Below, piece after piece: positions 54,851-57,549 of a stretch of DNA of 57,549 bases (position 1 is its first letter; every line of letters starts with the position of its first letter). Both the position numbers and the translations under genes were made by a program. The stretch lies in the IMG/VR virus record IMGVR_UViG_3300044294_000547. One strand, given 5' to 3'. The notes below the pieces were generated by a model that was not told the DNA's origin, ran no database searches, and saw only the letters and a list, made by a program, of their open reading frames with translations. The DNA comes from an uncultured virus (IMG/VR IMGVR_UViG_3300044294_000547). Lineage: Duplodnaviria > Heunggongvirae > Uroviricota > Caudoviricetes.

Positions 54851-55201
54851 TCATCCGAGCGGAATGTCCCGAATGTCAGCCACCCTGATGCTCACCAGTC
54901 TCGTCGAGCCCCTCGCACGCTTGCGGAAGTATCCCGTGTCCGCGATGTGCGTCAGCATGTAGAAGAGGAAGTCGGGCAGCAGGACATCGGTGCGGACGAC
55001 CTTCACCCCGATCAGCTCGGGACCCCACGCCCTCACGGGAACCCCCACACTATCCTCCGTCCCACGGCGCACCACCCAAAAATCAGCGTCCTGCATACCC
55101 ACCTTCAGTTCGACGAAATCACCCAGCTTCCGCCCCTCGGCCGCCACCTTCTGAAGCAACCAGCCGCCGACATTTACATTTCTTTTCCATTTGTAGCTCA
55201 T
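54851..55201 (-). CDS. Conserved phage hypothetical protein
   Basis: DADFWVVRRG...IGVKV...LLPDFLFY...GSTRL; GGAG SD; GGWLLQKVAA leader. Confidence 0.7.
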   Translation of the reverse strand: MSYKWKRNVNVGGWLLQKVAAEGRKLGDFVELKVGMQDADFWVVRRGTEDSVGVPVRAWGPELIGVKVVRTDVLLPDFLFYMLTHIADTGYFRKRARGSTRLVSIRVADIRDIPLG

Positions 55202-55231
55202 ACTCCACCCCTCAATCTCCCCCCTCCACCT

Positions 55232-57211
55232 TCACCCGCCATGGTCCAAAATGCCCTGTACATCCTCCCTGCTGATCCGACTGATGGTTATGTCTCTCCC
55301 GTCAAATTTCACATTTTTCATCTTACGCCAGTTGTACCATCCACCATTCTCGTACAGGGAGCAGGGCACATCGACGATGCACCCCCCACCATCGTCATAT
55401 GCCACGCACGCCACATGGTTGGCATCGTCCCAATGGATGTTGACGGTGTCTATGCCCCTCTCTGAGAGCACCTCTCCAATCGCATCTGCCACCAGATGAC
55501 ATATGCCCCCGTATCCCAGACCTTCAGCATAGCCGTCATCATCCTGATCCCAACTGTCGTACACCTCCTGTGCTGCACCCGCAAAAAGCGGACGCAATGC
55601 CTCCAGGCGTCTACACAAATTCATCTCTCCCACACCCGCCGCCTTCCACCAGTTCATGAACAAACCTCTCCGCCCCGCCCAGATTGCCGTGCTGTTCTTC
55701 ACGAGATCTCCTCCATCCGTGCCCGAGAAGCGGCGCGAGAGCGGGATGACGTTGCCAGACTCGTCGCGGGTAACGGGGTCGGCGGACTTGATCTGCGAAC
55801 GCTGGAATGCAGCCCATGTTTTTGTATTCTTACCTTCAGTAGCAGCAATTCCGTCGTATCCGGCAGACGCGGCTGCATCACGAAATTGTGATGTATGCAC
55901 GATCCTCCACGCCTTATGACGCTGCTGAATTCCATCAACTTCAGCAGTAAAGTATGGCCCCATATCTATCCGCAGACCAGTAGCATTTTCTACTTCTTTG
56001 AGCGTTACCATGTCTTCTTGCTTAAACGACAACGTCAGCGGCCTGTTTAATCGGACAAACAGCGGCAATATAATTGGTTGTTCCCCTGATTCAATTGATC
56101 TTGTCCCCGCGTATTGTCCTGCGTGAACCGCGTTTTCTGACACCCACACCATTCGCTCCGCAGAAAACTCGGAAAATTTCCGTCCTGTTCCGTGGTATCC
56201 CTTGATCGTGTACCCCGCCGCCCGCGCCGCCTCGTCCACCATCCGCTGCGCCGCCTCCATGTCGCCGCGCTCAACGGCGGCCATGTACTCGGAGTCGGTG
56301 CGCGAGGCTTGCTTGTAAATCGTGTTTGGTGTCCCCATGACTTGCTCTATCTCTGTACGAATACGCTCTGCCGCTGTCTGAACAGATAATTCAAATTGCT
56401 TTACAGCAGCGTTAATTGCGGTGCTATCGCCACCACTTGCAGCAACAAAAGTGCGCACAGCGTCTGCAAGTTCCGCAGGTGCCTGATTGTTGCCAATCAG
56501 TTTTGCAACCGCATCTGCCAATTCTTGTGCTGAGCGGCGTTCGACTTGCTGCTCATCATTGCTTGGCTTTGTGATTGCAGGTTCACCATTCAAATACTGC
56601 GGATATCTCTGCAACCCATCTTCGTACTTGTCCCACGTGCGGAGCAAATTGCGAAACGGATGGAGCGCTACAACGTGTTCCATTATGCCCAGTCGTTTGC
56701 GCATCTTAGAAATTCGATTTTGATGCGCCCTCAAGGCAGCATATGCCTCCCGCCCCAACTCCTCGTCTGTCACCCCTTTAGCCACACTGAACCCCGTCAT
56801 TACCCGTAGATCGCCATCCCTGCGTATTGCTCGACCCAAGTCGGCATTGCTGTACCCCTCGGACAATCCACGAACCGCCCACTCTCGTATCAGGGATTCC
56901 ACCCCAACCCCTGTTGTGCTTCTCGTTGGTTCGTCATCTCCACCAGATGGGTCGTCTTCCTCCACCTCGCGCCTATCAAGTTCAGTTTCTAAAGCATCAA
57001 GAACCTCTTGTGGGGCGCCAACTTCATAGTAATGGTCCAGCAACCCACCCAACTCTTCGTCTGTGTATTTTTCAAACCGACCCTGATGGATCTCCCCCAT
57101 CTCCCACCCATCTCCAGCGGCGAGTCTCCAAATCCCGCGTCTGCCCCCCGGGAAAAAAACCGCATGCTCCCCACCTGTGACATCTGGTTGAGAATTCCTG
57201 AGCCAACTCAT
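55232..57211 (-). CDS. Polyvalent multi-module protein containing an ADP-ribosyltransferase-like domain
   Basis: EYMAAVERGDMEAAQRMVDEAARAAGY-TIKGYHGT...GYDGI...QIKSADPVTRDESGNVIPLSRRF; modules separated by W/KxA leader-like sites. Confidence 0.7.
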   Translation of the reverse strand: MSWLRNSQPDVTGGEHAVFFPGGRRGIWRLAAGDGWEMGEIHQGRFEKYTDEELGGLLDHYYEVGAPQEVLDALETELDRREVEEDDPSGGDDEPTRSTTGVGVESLIREWAVRGLSEGYSNADLGRAIRRDGDLRVMTGFSVAKGVTDEELGREAYAALRAHQNRISKMRKRLGIMEHVVALHPFRNLLRTWDKYEDGLQRYPQYLNGEPAITKPSNDEQQVERRSAQELADAVAKLIGNNQAPAELADAVRTFVAASGGDSTAINAAVKQFELSVQTAAERIRTEIEQVMGTPNTIYKQASRTDSEYMAAVERGDMEAAQRMVDEAARAAGYTIKGYHGTGRKFSEFSAERMVWVSENAVHAGQYAGTRSIESGEQPIILPLFVRLNRPLTLSFKQEDMVTLKEVENATGLRIDMGPYFTAEVDGIQQRHKAWRIVHTSQFRDAAASAGYDGIAATEGKNTKTWAAFQRSQIKSADPVTRDESGNVIPLSRRFSGTDGGDLVKNSTAIWAGRRGLFMNWWKAAGVGEMNLCRRLEALRPLFAGAAQEVYDSWDQDDDGYAEGLGYGGICHLVADAIGEVLSERGIDTVNIHWDDANHVACVAYDDGGGCIVDVPCSLYENGGWYNWRKMKNVKFDGRDITISRISREDVQGILDHGG

Positions 57212-57486
57212 CTTTTGCCCATCTTTTTTATGAGAGCATTTACCCGCATCTTCGGAATATCATTGTTCAGTATTTGCTGCGAATAGAATTGGTCCGTGGG
57301 CGTCTTGGGTGATTTTATATCCTCCATCCTGTCCTCAAGAACACCTAGAGCATCATCTCCTCTACCCCTATTCTCGGCTATCTGCGTGAGATAATATAAG
57401 GCCTTCATTCTCCTTGCTCCCTTCATGAGTTCTATCGGGTCTGCTGCTCCCATCTCAGCAAGAGCCCTCATGGCGCTTAGGGACAC
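57208..57486 (-). CDS. Hypothetical protein
   Basis: ATGA-coupled to the downstream gene; GGAG SD upstream. Confidence 0.6.
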   Translation of the reverse strand: MSLSAMRALAEMGAADPIELMKGARRMKALYYLTQIAENRGRGDDALGVLEDRMEDIKSPKTPTDQFYSQQILNNDIPKMRVNALIKKMGKR

Positions 57487-57549
57487 ATCACTGTCTCCGC
57501 TCTTTGCGAATGGAAGTATCAGGTCTCCTCTCCCTTTTCTCTTCGCCCA

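Noticed and set aside
1..57549. Stop-codon reassignment (code 15 or 4), as in some large phages
   Set aside because: Long genes are intact in code 11; TAA, TAG and TGA all end genes, often with ATGA coupling; only one in-frame TGA was found; no suppressor tRNA (the 42271 anticodon is TCT, not CTA)
1..57549. CRISPR array or cas genes
   Set aside because: No regularly spaced repeat-spacer pattern and no Cas motifs seen
1..57549. Cellular chromosome or eukaryotic giant virus origin
   Set aside because: Tail fibres, ORFan density, SD sites, a bacterial sigma factor and spanin/holin-like genes point to a bacteriophage, although capsid and terminase genes are not in this window

Overview
This is a 57.5 kb segment of what is almost certainly a large (jumbo-type) dsDNA tailed bacteriophage. 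It is densely packed, switches strand often, reads cleanly in genetic code 11 and has no ribosomal or housekeeping operons. It carries two tail-fibre-like genes; nucleotide and redox genes (class II nrdJ, dut, thyX, trxA, zwf, Mn/Fe-SOD, speD); a FliA/WhiG-like sigma factor; a C5 DNA methyltransferase with a second subunit nested in another reading frame; a glycosyl/methyltransferase island; a PlcP/Agt-like lipid-remodelling pair; an outer-membrane beta-barrel; two tRNAs (Arg-UCU, Lys-UUU); holin/spanin-like genes; an HNH nuclease next to a frameshifted MTase pseudogene; and many ORFans. Three unexplained signals stand out. (1) About 20 otherwise unrelated proteins share Trp-containing leaders ending in K/R-x-A-[QS]. 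Six share a long form, [ILM]-[ST]-x-x-[EDQ]-W-x-x-[IA]-G-x-x-x-[GN], and one of these is fused to glucose-6-phosphate dehydrogenase. This suggests a capsid-targeting and maturation-protease system that loads cargo, including a metabolic enzyme, into the virion. (2) An approximately 480-nt intergenic stretch (about 4200-4680) is almost wall-to-wall hairpins with a clean pseudoknot, a candidate large ncRNA. (3) A recurring AGG-N17-(A/T)(G/T)AAA promoter-like motif lies upstream of many of these genes. All product calls come from motifs recognised by eye; no database searches were run.
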